64,000 bases of DNA. Origin: the human T2T-CHM13v2.0 reference genome, Homo sapiens. The stretch is from assembly GCF_009914755.1 (NCBI RefSeq), contig NC_060938.1; one strand, given 5' to 3'. Under the pieces are notes generated by a model that was given only the letters and a program-made list of their open reading frames with translations, did no database searches and was not told where the DNA came from. The position numbers and the translations under genes are program-made. This document shows, one piece after another, positions 1 through 12,175 of the stretch (position 1 is the first letter of the stretch; every line of letters begins with the position of its first letter).

Positions 1-285
1 TTCTGCCATTTTAGTTACCTATGGTAGAGTAAAATAAAATATTAGAGAGAGACCACATTCACATAACTTCTATTTCACTACGTTGTTATAATTATTCTAT
101 TTTGTTATTATTGTCATTAGTCTCTTACTGTGACTAATTTATAAATTAAGCTTTATAATAGGTATGTATGTATGTATAAGGAAAAAAACATAGTATACAC
201 TATATAGGGTTTGGTACAATCTGTAGTTTTAGGCATCCACCAGAGGTCTTAAAACATATCCTTTACAGATAAAGGGGAATTACTG
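1..285 (+). mobile_element. MER44/Tigger7-type DNA transposon, 3' part (TcMar-Tigger)
   Basis: GAGAGAGACCACATTCACATAAC...AGGCATCCAC...GATAAAGGGGAATTACTG matches the recalled MER44 right end and TIR, followed by TA. Confidence 0.85.
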
Positions 286-2441
286 TAGTTGTTAAACAAA
301 ACAAAACAAACAAAAAACCTTGACCATAGTTAAAGTTACACAGTTAATTATTGATTCAATTCAAACATTTAACATGTTAGCTTTTCTCTTCTAATTATGG
401 CAGGTTCTGTGTCTGCGAAGAGCTTAGAATACACAGCCATGGCAATCAAAGTAATCTGATCTTGGCAATGCTTAGAAGAGTCTGGAAATAAGCTTACAAA
501 GATGTGAAAAAGTCATTTTGGCATAATACAGGCAGGAAGCACTGTGATGGATAACGAAAATGAGAGTAGACTGATGTGAAACCTTTTATTGAGAATTGAC
601 GTGTGCTGGCTGTATTCATGAGCAGAACATGAGTTGCTTGAAAGTCTTCAGAATTTGGCAAGCTTATGCAGAGGGGTAAACATGAAATTTTAATTAGGAG
701 GACACTACAGCTTGGAATGTGAAAATGCTAATGATGAGATTGTTCAGTAATAGTTATGAAACTATTCCAAAATGCAGACATTTGTTTGAGAGTTACATTA
801 TAATTCATAAAATGTGCAGGCAAAATAAGAAATGAAGGAATCCTGCAAGACTTTCTTTTTATTTTTTGGCACACTCTGGGCATTGTAATCTTAACTTGGT
901 GAGAGGTTTATAGATATTCAGTTCCAACTTCTGTTGTTTTGGATGGAGAAAAATACAGCAAGGGATTTATTATGATAAAGCCATAATTTGATTTAAATAA
1001 ATCAAGTTTCTACAATGAGAATATATAATTAACATATTTATATATGTAAAACACTAATGGGTTCATGTCTGATTCCAATTCTAAGTAAGGGATTTGTAAT
1101 AATCCTGAGCTACAGAGGTGGTGCAGGTAAGGTGGAGATTAGCTACTGCAAATTCAACCTGAATTATCTCTTGATTTTCCCAGGACCTTTTAGGGCTGAG
1201 ATGGCTGGCTGGGCTAGTGCTTGTTGTAGTACATTAACTGACCTTTATTAGGAAGACTATCTTTGATTAGGCACTTGCTCAAAGTGCACTGTGGAGTTAC
1301 ATTTCTTTTCTTGTTGATGACAGCCAAGAAATGACTACTTCAAATTGCAGCTTTAATCTGAGAGCATTGTTTCTGCTCATTTTTCACTAAAAATCTCCCA
1401 TTTTCTTCTTATATGGCTCGCTTTGCACCCCTTCAGTGTCAAAGAGAGAGTGCTGAAAGCTCTTGTGATGAGAACTTCTTACTTGAGCATCTGATTGGCG
1501 AGTGAACCCACATTTGGCCATTACTTAAAATATTATTTTTAATATCATTAAATATTCTCCTACAAGGGTTGCTATGGAGTGGTTCAGAAATTTAACTAGT
1601 TGATTCATGACCAAGATTGTGAGGGTTACATATACAAGCATATTTATCATGGTAAGAACCAGCAAAAAGACCACGAATGGAGCCAAAGTATTTTTCATTA
1701 ATCAGTATTTGTAAAATGCAGTAGTCATTTTGTGATATACACAATGTAAGACAAAATTTTGCATGTCACTTTCTAGAAGGTCAATACATTGTTGGCAGTT
1801 GAAGTTGTAACAAAAAAATAGACATTTAGTAAAGCATGAATTTTGATGCCTTTCTGAAAGGAAATTAACAAGTTATATTCTTATATTTATGTGTGTAGAC
1901 TAGCTACGTCTTTAAGGAAAACCTCTTCCCCTTGTATGCACTTGTACCTTGTTATAAGAAGTTTTAGAGTTATTTGTAACGCCTTTACAAATTAAGCAAG
2001 TGGCTCTTCTCAAATGCCCTTTCGCAAAAGAAAAAAATGAATGAATAGAAGCTAAGTTTCTTTCAAGTGCATGATAAAGATAACTGTTATTTGTTTAACA
2101 AGAATTTTTTTAAATGAATATTTTGTAAAGAAAAATCACCAGTGAATTTTTGAATAGTAAAGTATGAGGTCCCCTTGAACCTTTTCCCTGCCAAAATTTT
2201 GAAAAATCTACATCTTGTAGAAATAAAGAGAATACATTAAAATTTACATCTATAACTATATTGGCTTAGAAATTGACAATAACTTCAAACAATCACTTGG
2301 TTCAAACAGTGTTGCTGAGGATAATATGGCTTTTGGGATCTTCAGTCATTTTAGGCTTATTCTTTAAATTTTTTTTTTAATTATGTTAACTATAGAAAAT
2401 AATTGATGACAAGAGGACACTCATAATCAGAAAAACGTAAT

Positions 2442-2552
2442 AGAACACTGGACAGAGAATCACAAAGCAGGAGTTCTTCCCTAAATTAGCCACTTATTTG
2501 GATGACATTAACCTCATTAAACATGTTTCCTCATCTATAAAAGGAATATATA
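2442..2552 (+). mobile_element. MIR fragment
   Basis: AGAACACTGGAC...GTTTCCTCATCTATAAAAGG resembles the MIR core. Confidence 0.6.
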
Positions 2553-3160
2553 AAAACTCCCATCTTATGACATGTTGAAAATCCGGTTATTAAATCTGCA
2601 AATGTCTAGTGAAAATAAATTGCTGTACAAATGCATAAATGTTACTATCACCCTCGTTGTCATTTTCAATTGATGACTTTCTGAGCAAAACACTAAAATA
2701 ACCAGTTGATTAAGCAAAGATGAGTTTGTTACTTCCTGCAATAATGGAAACATCATATTGACAGTCTTAGTAGTTAATGTCTCTGAAAGAAATGCTAAAG
2801 GTAGATCATTGTAAGAATTAGACTTTGACTTAGGGTGGGTTTTTCAATGCAGGAATTCAAAATTCATGATATAATAACTGAGAATTAGTGGAAAAAGTGT
2901 GAGAGTTTTCAAGGAATCTTGATGAGAAGTCATTTGATAAGAGAATAGTTTGCCTGATTGTGTGATTCATTGTGCCAAGAAGGCAAGCCAAGAGAGCAAT
3001 CTATTCATTGAAGTACATTTTCAGGCAGTTTCTGAAACAAACAATTATGTTATTGCAATATTATCTTCCTGGACAAGAATTTTCTGGAAAAGTGAAATAA
3101 TGCTAGTTTAGATGGTCTTAGTTTATTATGCTATTAACTATATATTTGTAGGCAGTTTGT

Positions 3161-3178
3161 CATCATCATCATCATCAT
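3161..3178. repeat. (CAT)6 microsatellite
   Basis: catcatcatcatcatcat seen directly. Confidence 0.9.
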
Positions 3179-3340
3179 GTTAAGTATATGTTATCATGTG
3201 TGAGCTGTGTTGTGGCATTCTCCTACTTGGTGCTGTATATAACAAATTTTATTTAATTTTAGCAATTAGCCTATGATGTGATTATCACTCTTTTAAAGAT
3301 ACAGGTGAGCTTATGACCCTTGTTTGATGTCACAGATCTT
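3179..3340 (-). mobile_element. MIR fragment
   Basis: TTATTTAATTTTAGCAATTAGCCTATG...ATTATCACTCTTTTAAAGAT...GTCACAG resembles antisense MIR. Confidence 0.45.
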
Positions 3341-3793
3341 GCTTCTCAAAACAAGAGAACCACACACCAATAAAATTGAAAAGAAAATAAACACTTGATA
3401 AGGCCCTAACTTTTAAAACATACATAATCTTTTCCGTAAGTTCATTTGGGATGAAGTTTTACATATTTCTTCTTTTCAGCCTCAGAATGCTAGAGGTACA
3501 GACTAGATTGCTACTGCTAGCAACTTCAGGGAGGACATTAATGCAATTGCAAAATAGTTTAAATGGTTTTACTCTTAAGATCTTAGAAGATAAAGATACA
3601 ATTCTAAAATTGATTTGTAATTTCTATTATTATTACTATCATGAAAAATACAGATAAGTTAAAAGCTGCAAAGAAATATAAATTAGTTGTTCTATCACCC
3701 ATAAATCAATATATTCAATTATTTCAAGGAAGCAGGATATATAACTACAAGAAGACTTTGTTCATATTGGGAATGTAAAAGTCTTCATCAGGG

Positions 3794-4096
<303 letters not shown>

Positions 4097-7000
4097 TCAT
4101 CAGACTTGGAAATAGGACTAAAATCTCAGACTTGGTCAAGCTCTGAATCGACACATATCCCAGTGACTGCCTCACTCTCTAACCCAAATATCCTTTACGT
4201 CTCAGATTTCAAGGGTTAAAGTTATCACTACAAAGGGAAAAATACATGAGTAGTATAAAGATCAAGAACAAATGTTCACATTTTTAAAAGATTATTATTT
4301 AACAAGGAAATATTTATATCATAAATTCGTAAGTTTATAATGTTTATGGTAAATGTATGCAAATGATAGATTAATTTAAAAGAGAAAACATCTTAGGAAA
4401 TGTTTTATAAATCATTGGTTTGACTTTGACTTATATTCATTTCAGAAAAAATGTTCTCCATAACTGTAAAAAAAATAAACATTTTGATTATATAATGCTG
4501 GAAGTGTTTACTGTACTAATCATTTTTTATAATTAGGTAAGCTTATTTTAGGACAGAGTTACCTGAGTAAGATGATAATTACATAGCAACTGATTTTGAG
4601 AAAATTCATGGACTATAAAAGGACCATATACAATATAAAATAGTGAAAAAAAAACCCTGAAAGTCTGTTGCTGAATTTGCACATCAAGCAGAATAAGAAC
4701 AATTTTAATTTTCTATATTTAGAGACACACTTTGAGAGAAAATCAAAAACCAATTAGGAACATCACTAAAGTTATAAAAATTCATTACCTACATGTTCAT
4801 TATGCAAAACTAAGAGATGCTCTTTTTGGTGATATAAAATTATGTACTCTTCTTGAGAATTCAGAAAATGAAACATGTAAAAGTTGTATATTTTCCTAAT
4901 TTTAATATTCTTCAAATATAATTTTGTATTGTAACAGAATAGGTGATCACTAAAAAATTGTTTATTATATGTCTGTAATATGAAAAAGCCACCTATTTTA
5001 TGATGTCAGGAAGAGAGAACTTTAGTGAAATTCTGTTTTGGAATATCAGAACATGTTTAAGGAAACCATTTGATAAACACAGTAATATAAAATGTTTCAA
5101 AAATACAAACGGTAAATTTGGTTTTGAGAAACATGAAAATACGATTCATTCCAGTTTCTCTTTTTTGCATGTGAACTGTGTTTCTATCTTTATGAAAGAG
5201 AGGCTAAATTAACCCTATTTAAGTATTTAAAAAATGTATATACTTCTTGCATTCATTTTAACATATTTAATGTGATAAAATATTTTTAAATTAACAATCA
5301 AGAATATAAACATACCTTATATTTGCCTTATAATATATCTTGTCATATAATTTATTTTTATAATATGTTTTCTCTATGTGTAAATTAACTAATGCAAGTT
5401 TCATTTATATAAATATTATAAAGGTTAAAGCAATAATAAAGCAGTGGTTTTCAATTTGGGGATCCTTATCCATTGGTATAAAAAGAAGTAGTAGTGGGAC
5501 CAACAAACTATTTGAAAATAAACAAAAACCTGATGGAATTTATGAATTTACATGTACATGTCTATGCATTATAGTGTTATCTTTACACTGATAATTTTAA
5601 ATATTTTTGATGGACTGTTTTCAGATTTCTTTAGTCATTTTAAATTTCACAATAAAACTTCCAAAGATTCTTATCATGAAAAGCTGAAAAATTCACCTCT
5701 CTTATTTTCACTTGCTTTTCCTTTTGCTGTAGACCCTTTCATTTTAGTTTCCAATTTGTGAAAATAATTTCTATTTGGCTTTTGGAATTTTTACTTTATG
5801 GCTTCTAGACAGTAAAGACATTCAAGTTTTTTGTTTCTTTACAACAAAAATCTGACTCAACGTTTGACCAATCACAACTTACTTAGCTTTTAATTTGTCA
5901 AATGTTTTAACTGGTAAGTTGACTTATTTTGTTTTCTTCTAAGTACTTTGTTTTTATAGAGGCACTGTCACAATCAATCTAAATTTAACCTATTACAAGC
6001 CTGTGGGATTTTAGTTGGAAGGGCACAGTTTGGGCTACCTTCTAAGACCATATAAAGACACTCATAACTATATATTGGACATATGTCAGTAGCCTTCTGT
6101 TTCTAAGTAAAGGAAATATTTGAAAAAACACATTTCAAGGCTCAAAAGCAACCTGTTTAAAGTCATAATGCTTACTACATACAAAGTAAGAAATTACACA
6201 TGATTCTTAATATGGGAAATATTTTCATAACAATGATTATGTATTAGATTTAATAATAGTTAATTGTAGAAAAAATTACTTTAAAAATGTGTCAAGCCAA
6301 ATTGTATATTTTTCACATTTTTGAAAGAACTTTATCTTCATAGCTATGACCAATTTTTCATTATGTGGAAATATTAATAATTAATACTTATAGCATTTAA
6401 ATAATTAATATGCAATGAGATTTGACGCTGAAAGGTATAAATTCTTAGCTAACTAATAGTAGTTTCTATGTAAAAGCTATTCATAAATACTTAAGGGTAT
6501 TATTACCAAGCTTGTAATCACAGGTCAAAGATCCCCAACCTTCATCAATTCACATATAAAATTAATAGATATACAGTAGTGTGTATTCTCTAAAGATAGC
6601 TAAAGAATGTGCTGAAGTACAAACATTCAACTTCAGTGCAATTAGCAGTACAGTAACCTCTAGATCAGGAAAGTCTGGTCAATAACTGAGAAGCACTTGA
6701 ATGGACAGTGATTGATTTTGCTTGTTCTGGCCTATAGAGGAATGATTGATCTAAGCTTTATTTTGTACTAGCCTTTTCTCTATTGCAGGCTTAATGAGGC
6801 ACATAGGTTGAAGTGAAAATGGAAACAATAGACATAGATTGTGTCTGCATGGTGCCAAGAACATGGTGGTGAAATAAAAAATTAGTCTCACTGGCTATTT
6901 GACATCAAGAAGCTATTCTCAAGTTTCCAAAAACTTAAAAAATCTTATTATATGTATTTTACATTTCAGCAGTTCAGTTCTCTTCAATTAAACAACTAGT

Positions 7001-7539
7001 TACTGAGTACTTTCTGTGAATCAGCAGTTGTGGGAAATGTTTAGAAGGAACACTTTATTAAATATAGTTTATGGAAATGTCATTACAGTAGAAGATTCTG
7101 TTGCCAGAATAAATAAAAATATACTTTTGGCTGCCTGCTATAAACAACATTTGGAAAAATCAATCCTGTAGATAAATACTTGCATTCATGGTTTATTGAT
7201 GAGGTTCAAAATAAAAGATATTCTGAAAAATCATAGAAAATAGTAGATTTAAGACTCCATTGAGCTCGTATAGGCTCTCAAATGATACCTTAAGATTTGA
7301 GACTAGACATATTTACAACTAGAAATGTGCATTTAAATAGCTTTGTGAAGATGATAGTTAAGATGTACATAGAAGATGTTTCCTGAAAGAAAAACATATA
7401 TTAAATGTAATTGGTCACAATAAAGAAACTAACATTTGATGTCACTAATAAAACTTGTATTTGTCTCTGGAGTGTAGTTTTATAAACATAAACACCATTA
7501 TTTTATTCATTCAATAAACATTTTCATGTTCTCACTGAC

Positions 7540-7853
7540 TTCAGCTAATTAATTCCTATTCAACCTTCAGAATCTAGCTTATATAAATTTTTTTAAAAAA
7601 TAGCTTTTTCAAACTTTTCAGACTATGTCAGGCTCTTCTTGCTTTACATTCTCCTAACTCTTTCTCTCCTTGCACTTACCTTTACCATAGTAGTAAAGAT
7701 AATTGTGTAATTAGTTTTTCCATATATATGTATGGAAATAAATGAGGGCAGAAACTGCATTTTCCTTATTTACATCTATATCTCTAGTACCTAGCACAGA
7801 GCCTTTCACCTAATAACCAAAAATTAAAAACTCTGCTAAATCAATGAGTGAAT
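7540..7853 (+). mobile_element. L2 3' end
   Basis: TGAGGGCAGAAACTG...TAGTACCTAGCACAGAGCCT...AATGAGTGAAT, typical L2 terminus. Confidence 0.7.
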
Positions 7854-7859
7854 CTATCT

Positions 7860-8885
7860 GTCTGGTATAACTTTAGGTGCTAGAGTTACAGAGTGAAATA
7901 GGGCATGGGGACTGCCCTCAGGAAGACTAAGTATTGGAGGAGACAAGTAAATGAACAATTATAGGAAAATGCCAGGAAGCACAAAGGTGGAGAAGGGAAC
8001 TGTCACACTTGATTTTGAAGGGAAATTCTGAGTGGGCAAAATGAAACTCCATGAAAAGAACAGAGAATATGAACTCTTAGCTGAGGAGACACTTTGCATA
8101 GGATTAGGCTCATGAACCTTGTATCGGTTGATTCCTCTGGGAAATGGACACTGAGAGGGAGCCAAGAGTGCTAGAGGTCTATGAGTTCGATCTGCGAAAG
8201 GGAAGGGAAGGATGCAGGATCAGGTAAGGGGACTGAAACTGCAATGCAACCCTGAAAAAGTCTCTGCTAGCCCAACATGGAGCCAGGAACAAAGATTCCT
8301 GGTTAGAGGGTCCTGCACTGGGTAAAAGTGGCCTGGCTTTGTACCATCATTTTCCTCAGCCATGGGCCAAAGCCACCCTGAAAAGGTATGACCTCAGCTC
8401 AAAAGCTGAGAAAGACGTGAAGGAGGTAACAGCTAGATACCATAGGCTAGCTACACTGCTCACAGGTGGGCAGCGAGTCCTCCCTTGAAGGGATTCCCTG
8501 TGCTTGTTAGGACTGAGCAAAGCATCACACTGGAGACCAGGGGCCAGGGTCAGGACTGGAGAAAGGCCTTGTGTGTCTCGCTGAGGGAGTTTAGATCTTA
8601 TTCCATAGGAAGTGGAGGCCATGGTTTTAAGTAAGGACCTAAAAGGAGCAAATCTGCATTCTAAGTGTCTTCTCCAGCATTCAAATGAAGCCTGAATGCA
8701 GCTATTGGTGAGGGGCTGTTACAGTAATCCAATGAAAACATGAACAGAGAAAATGGCATAGGAATGGGGAGCACGAGTTCATTGGAGCCACTCTAGGAAG
8801 GCTGGCTCTTAAGGATGCAATCACTGATTAGGCTTGAGTAGTAAGTAAAAGCAAGAAGTCTGGGACACCTCCTAATTTTCTATGA
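7860..8885 (-). mobile_element. L2 fragment interrupted by LTR16
   Basis: TAGGTGCTAGAGTTACAGAGTGAAA...CTGCCCTCAGGAAG, resuming after ~8510 with GGCCTTGTG...GAGTTTAGATCTTATTC...GGCTGTTACAGTAATCCA. Confidence 0.65.
8120..8505 (-). mobile_element. LTR16-family ERVL solo LTR
   Basis: TG start; GGGAAATGGACACTGAGAG...GAAGGGAAGGATGCAGGAT...AGTCCTCCCTTGAAGGGAT follows recalled LTR16. Confidence 0.7.
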
Positions 8886-9092
8886 TAAAGAATATTTTTA
8901 TATGTTCTGAGAATAAGCTTTACAGGAAATAATAAAATGAAGCTCACTGAAACTTCTACCACTCAAAACATAAAGTTGTCCAACTATTGCAGCCAGATCC
9001 TTGATCATCTCCTTATAATCTACTTCCTACTGTGATTGCACAGCACTGTGTCTCAGACTGGTGTCAAGTGTGAAAGAAATACCAACTATTAA

Positions 9093-9126
9093 ACAGTGAC
9101 TTGGATCACAGTGACTTGGATCACAG
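9093..9126. repeat. 15-bp perfect tandem duplication (ACAGTGACTTGGATC x2.3)
   Basis: seen directly. Confidence 0.9.
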
Positions 9127-10138
9127 GAAGAGTCACAGGGTCTCAGTCTGAGAAGGAAGCCTCAGACAGGCAGGCATAAAACGCAAATGCAGATTGCATA
9201 ATATTAAAAACAGTAACAAAAGAAAACACACAAAAAATACCACACACATAAAATGGAGTGCCAAATGTGATATTCACTGGCACAAAACTAGAAAGCAAAA
9301 TAAAATGCCAATAATTAACAATGGACTATGTTGTTATTTAAACTAAATATTTAATGACACCTTTATATACAGATTATACAGCTAAATTAAATATGCATAC
9401 AAGGTCATTTACTCCCTGATCTTAAAATCTTTATCCAGGATTATTCCCAAACAAAACAAGAATATTCACACCTCTGACTTTATTCATACACAGTGATGCT
9501 CTCGTCTCTCTGCCCTCAGACTTACTCAACAATGTTCAGCCCAAATTTTATCTTTTCTGAGTGTCTCTGATGTTCTCCCATAAAATAAATAAATTATTCA
9601 TCTCTACTTCTGTGGACATTTACAGAAATTTACAGAAACCTTTATTTATAGAACTATATATGGATGTAAATACGTACATAATGTGGATATAGATACATAG
9701 ATATAAATGTTTAATTTAAAATTATATAAAAAATTGACTATTGTGTTTTCTGGATCTAACAACGTTTGAGAAATAGTGGTTACTGAATAATTTCAATTAG
9801 TATGAATCCACTGGAGAGTATCATTTGTTCATATGAAGTAGTACCAAAAGGCATGAATAAAATTTAGTGTAGTGATAGCAGGAAAAAATAATAAACATAA
9901 AATTAGAAAAAAAAAAATAAAGATAAAATTAGATAAAATTTTTATTACAGAGTTTGGACATTTCTTGGCCCTCATTTAACATGTTGAAATCCTACTAATC
10001 CCTAAGATACAATGAAAATAAAGCCTTCTTCAAAAGTTTTTCTGGAATCTTAATCAGATTGAAATAATTTATCCTTCTTTGAATTCTCATATACTTTAAA
10101 AATGATCTTCTTCAATTATTCTGTCTTAATTTCCATTG

Positions 10139-10560
10139 TGACATGGTTTGGATCGGTGTCCCCACCTAAATCTCATGTTGAATTGTAATTCCCAATATTG
10201 GAGGTGGGGCCTGGTAGGAGGTGATTGGATCATGGAGGTGGTTTCTTGTGAATGGTTTAGCACCATCCTCTTGGGACTGTCCTTGGGATAGTGAGTGATT
10301 TCTCATGAGATCTGGTCCTTTAAAAGGATGTGGCACCTCTCCTTTCCCTCTCTCTTGCTCCTGCTTTCACCATATGAAGTGCCTACTCCGCTTTGCCTTT
10401 CACCGTGAGTAAAAGCTCCCTGAGGCCTTCCTAGAAGCCAAGCAATGTTGGTGCCATGCTTGTACAGCCTGCAGAACCATAAGCCAAATAAACCTCTTTT
10501 ATTAAAAAGTTACCCAGTCTCAGGTATTTCTTCACAGCAATATGAGAACAGACTAATACA
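10139..10560 (+). mobile_element. MSTA (ERVL-MaLR) solo LTR
   Basis: TGACATGGTTTGGATC...GACTAATACA; AATAAA near the end; perfect 5-bp TSD CATTG at 10134-10138 and 10561-10565. Confidence 0.92.
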
Positions 10561-10578
10561 CATTGCTATACATTTATA

Positions 10579-10623
10579 TTAGCTTGGTGCAAAAGTAATT
10601 GCGGTTTTTGCCATTACTTTTAG
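10579..10623. mobile_element. MADE1 (Hsmar1-derived MITE), one arm only
   Basis: TTAGCTTGGTGCAAAAGTAATTGCGGTTTTTGCCATTACTTTTA matches the Hsmar1 TIR plus spacer. Confidence 0.9.
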
Positions 10624-10854
10624 TATTTCTACATGCTTATGTATACTTATCTAGTAGCAGTCTCTTTTTTGTTAAATAAGGATATAAATTCTTTGAAAGC
10701 AGATTTCTTATAGAATGCATTATTTTGTTTGCAACAGCACCAATATAATAAAATGCACTAAGAAATAAATCAATATATAAGTTTTTGGCATATGTATTAA
10801 TGAAAGATAATTTCCTCTATTAGATAATTTTCAAACATGAAATGATATTTAAAA

Positions 10855-11089
10855 CAGGGTTTTCCAGCTGCAGTGCTATTGGCTTTTTGAAGATACTGTG
10901 GTGCATTTGAACATTGTTATGGACTGCCTGTGCATTGTCAGATGTTTAGCAGCATCCCGGGCCTCTATCCACTAAATGACAGCAGCTCCCAGCTCCCTTC
11001 TCATAGTTGTAATAACCATAAATGTCTTCAGACATGGAGAAATGTCCCCTGGAGCAGGAGTAGGTGGGGGAGATGGTTGAGAATCACTG
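10855..11089 (-). mobile_element. MER20 (hAT-Charlie), complete
   Basis: CAGGGTTT...GATGTTTAGCAGCATCCCGGGCCTCTATCCACTA...GGTTGAGAATCACTG; 8-bp TSD ATTTAAAA on both sides. Confidence 0.9.
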
Positions 11090-11584
11090 ATTTAAAAGAT
11101 GAAACTACAGTTGCAAAAGTGCTTTTAATTTATATAAGCAATAATCACTCATTAACCTTTGTATCATGCAGGGAATACTGCCTTAGATATTAAATGTAGA
11201 CAATGTGGGGGCTGTGATACTATTTACCTGAGAAAAGTGAGAAAATATGAAGGAGACAGAAACTTGGAATCTGTAAAACATTGCGTCCGTACACTCTTCT
11301 TATTATAAATCTTTTCGACAGTGATATAAATTGACATTATGTTCAGGGTCAAATGAATAGCTTTGTCACTGGATTTTTTTATATGTTAAGGAAAGCAAAA
11401 TTTATCCACAACCTTTACAAAGCATCAAACAGAATGGAAGTACGTAAGCTTAAGTACTCAGCACTAAAGCATAATATATTACATATGTAATATATTCATA
11501 TTTATATAGATACTAATACAGTTTTGTAATTTAGCATTTTGTTTCCTTTATCTTGCTATATGTTAGTTGATTTCTGAATGACTT

Positions 11585-12175
11585 AGTCTATTTTTATCAA
11601 ATATTTACTAAACATCAAATTTGTGTGTGTGTGTGTTTGTGTGTTTCCAGAAGTTCTATTACCAGCATACAACTGAAAAGACATGCTCATAGCCCTCAAA
11701 GAACTTATAGCAGGAATAAGCTATTCTACAAAAATAATAACACAATGTACTTAGTTCTGCAATGCATATGAAATACTGTACAAACACATAGAAAAGACGC
11801 TCTTAGCTCAGACTTGAAGGCAGTTCAGGAGCCATCTAATGGTCTTTAAGCAGAAAAGTACTACAGTTATGAATGTATTGTAGATAAACCCTCAAGACTG
11901 GAGGCAAGGAAACCACTTCAAACCTTTTACAATAATCAAGACAAGGTATGTTAAGGACTGAAATAGTCCTCTGGTAGAATGCTGGAGAAGTAAAGAGAGA
12001 ATCAACTTGAGAAGTATGTGGAGACAAATATTACAATTTTATGAGTGACATGATACGATGTTTTGGAGACAGACAGGATTTAGACTGTCTTCCCAGATTC
12101 TGGCTTTAGGTGACTGGGCAGTTAGGTGTGCTACTAATTGAGATAAGAACAACAAAAGAAGAAAAGCTTTAGGAA
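11585..12175 (-). mobile_element. L2 fragment containing a (TG)n tract at ~11622-11644
   Basis: ATCAAATATTTACTAAACA...GCCCTCAAAGAACTTATAG...CAAGACTGGAGGCAAGG...CCCAGATTCTGGCTTTAGGTGACTGGG. Confidence 0.7.

Noticed and set aside
381-456. Plus-strand exon after CTTTTCTCTTCTAATTATGGCAG
   Set aside because: Weak donor (AAA|GTAATC) and no recognisable peptide
2565-3110. Possible ancient transposase or CR1 remnant
   Set aside because: Could not recover ordered protein motifs or termini
6640-6735. L3/CR1-like fragment
   Set aside because: Similarity too short and diverged to support by eye
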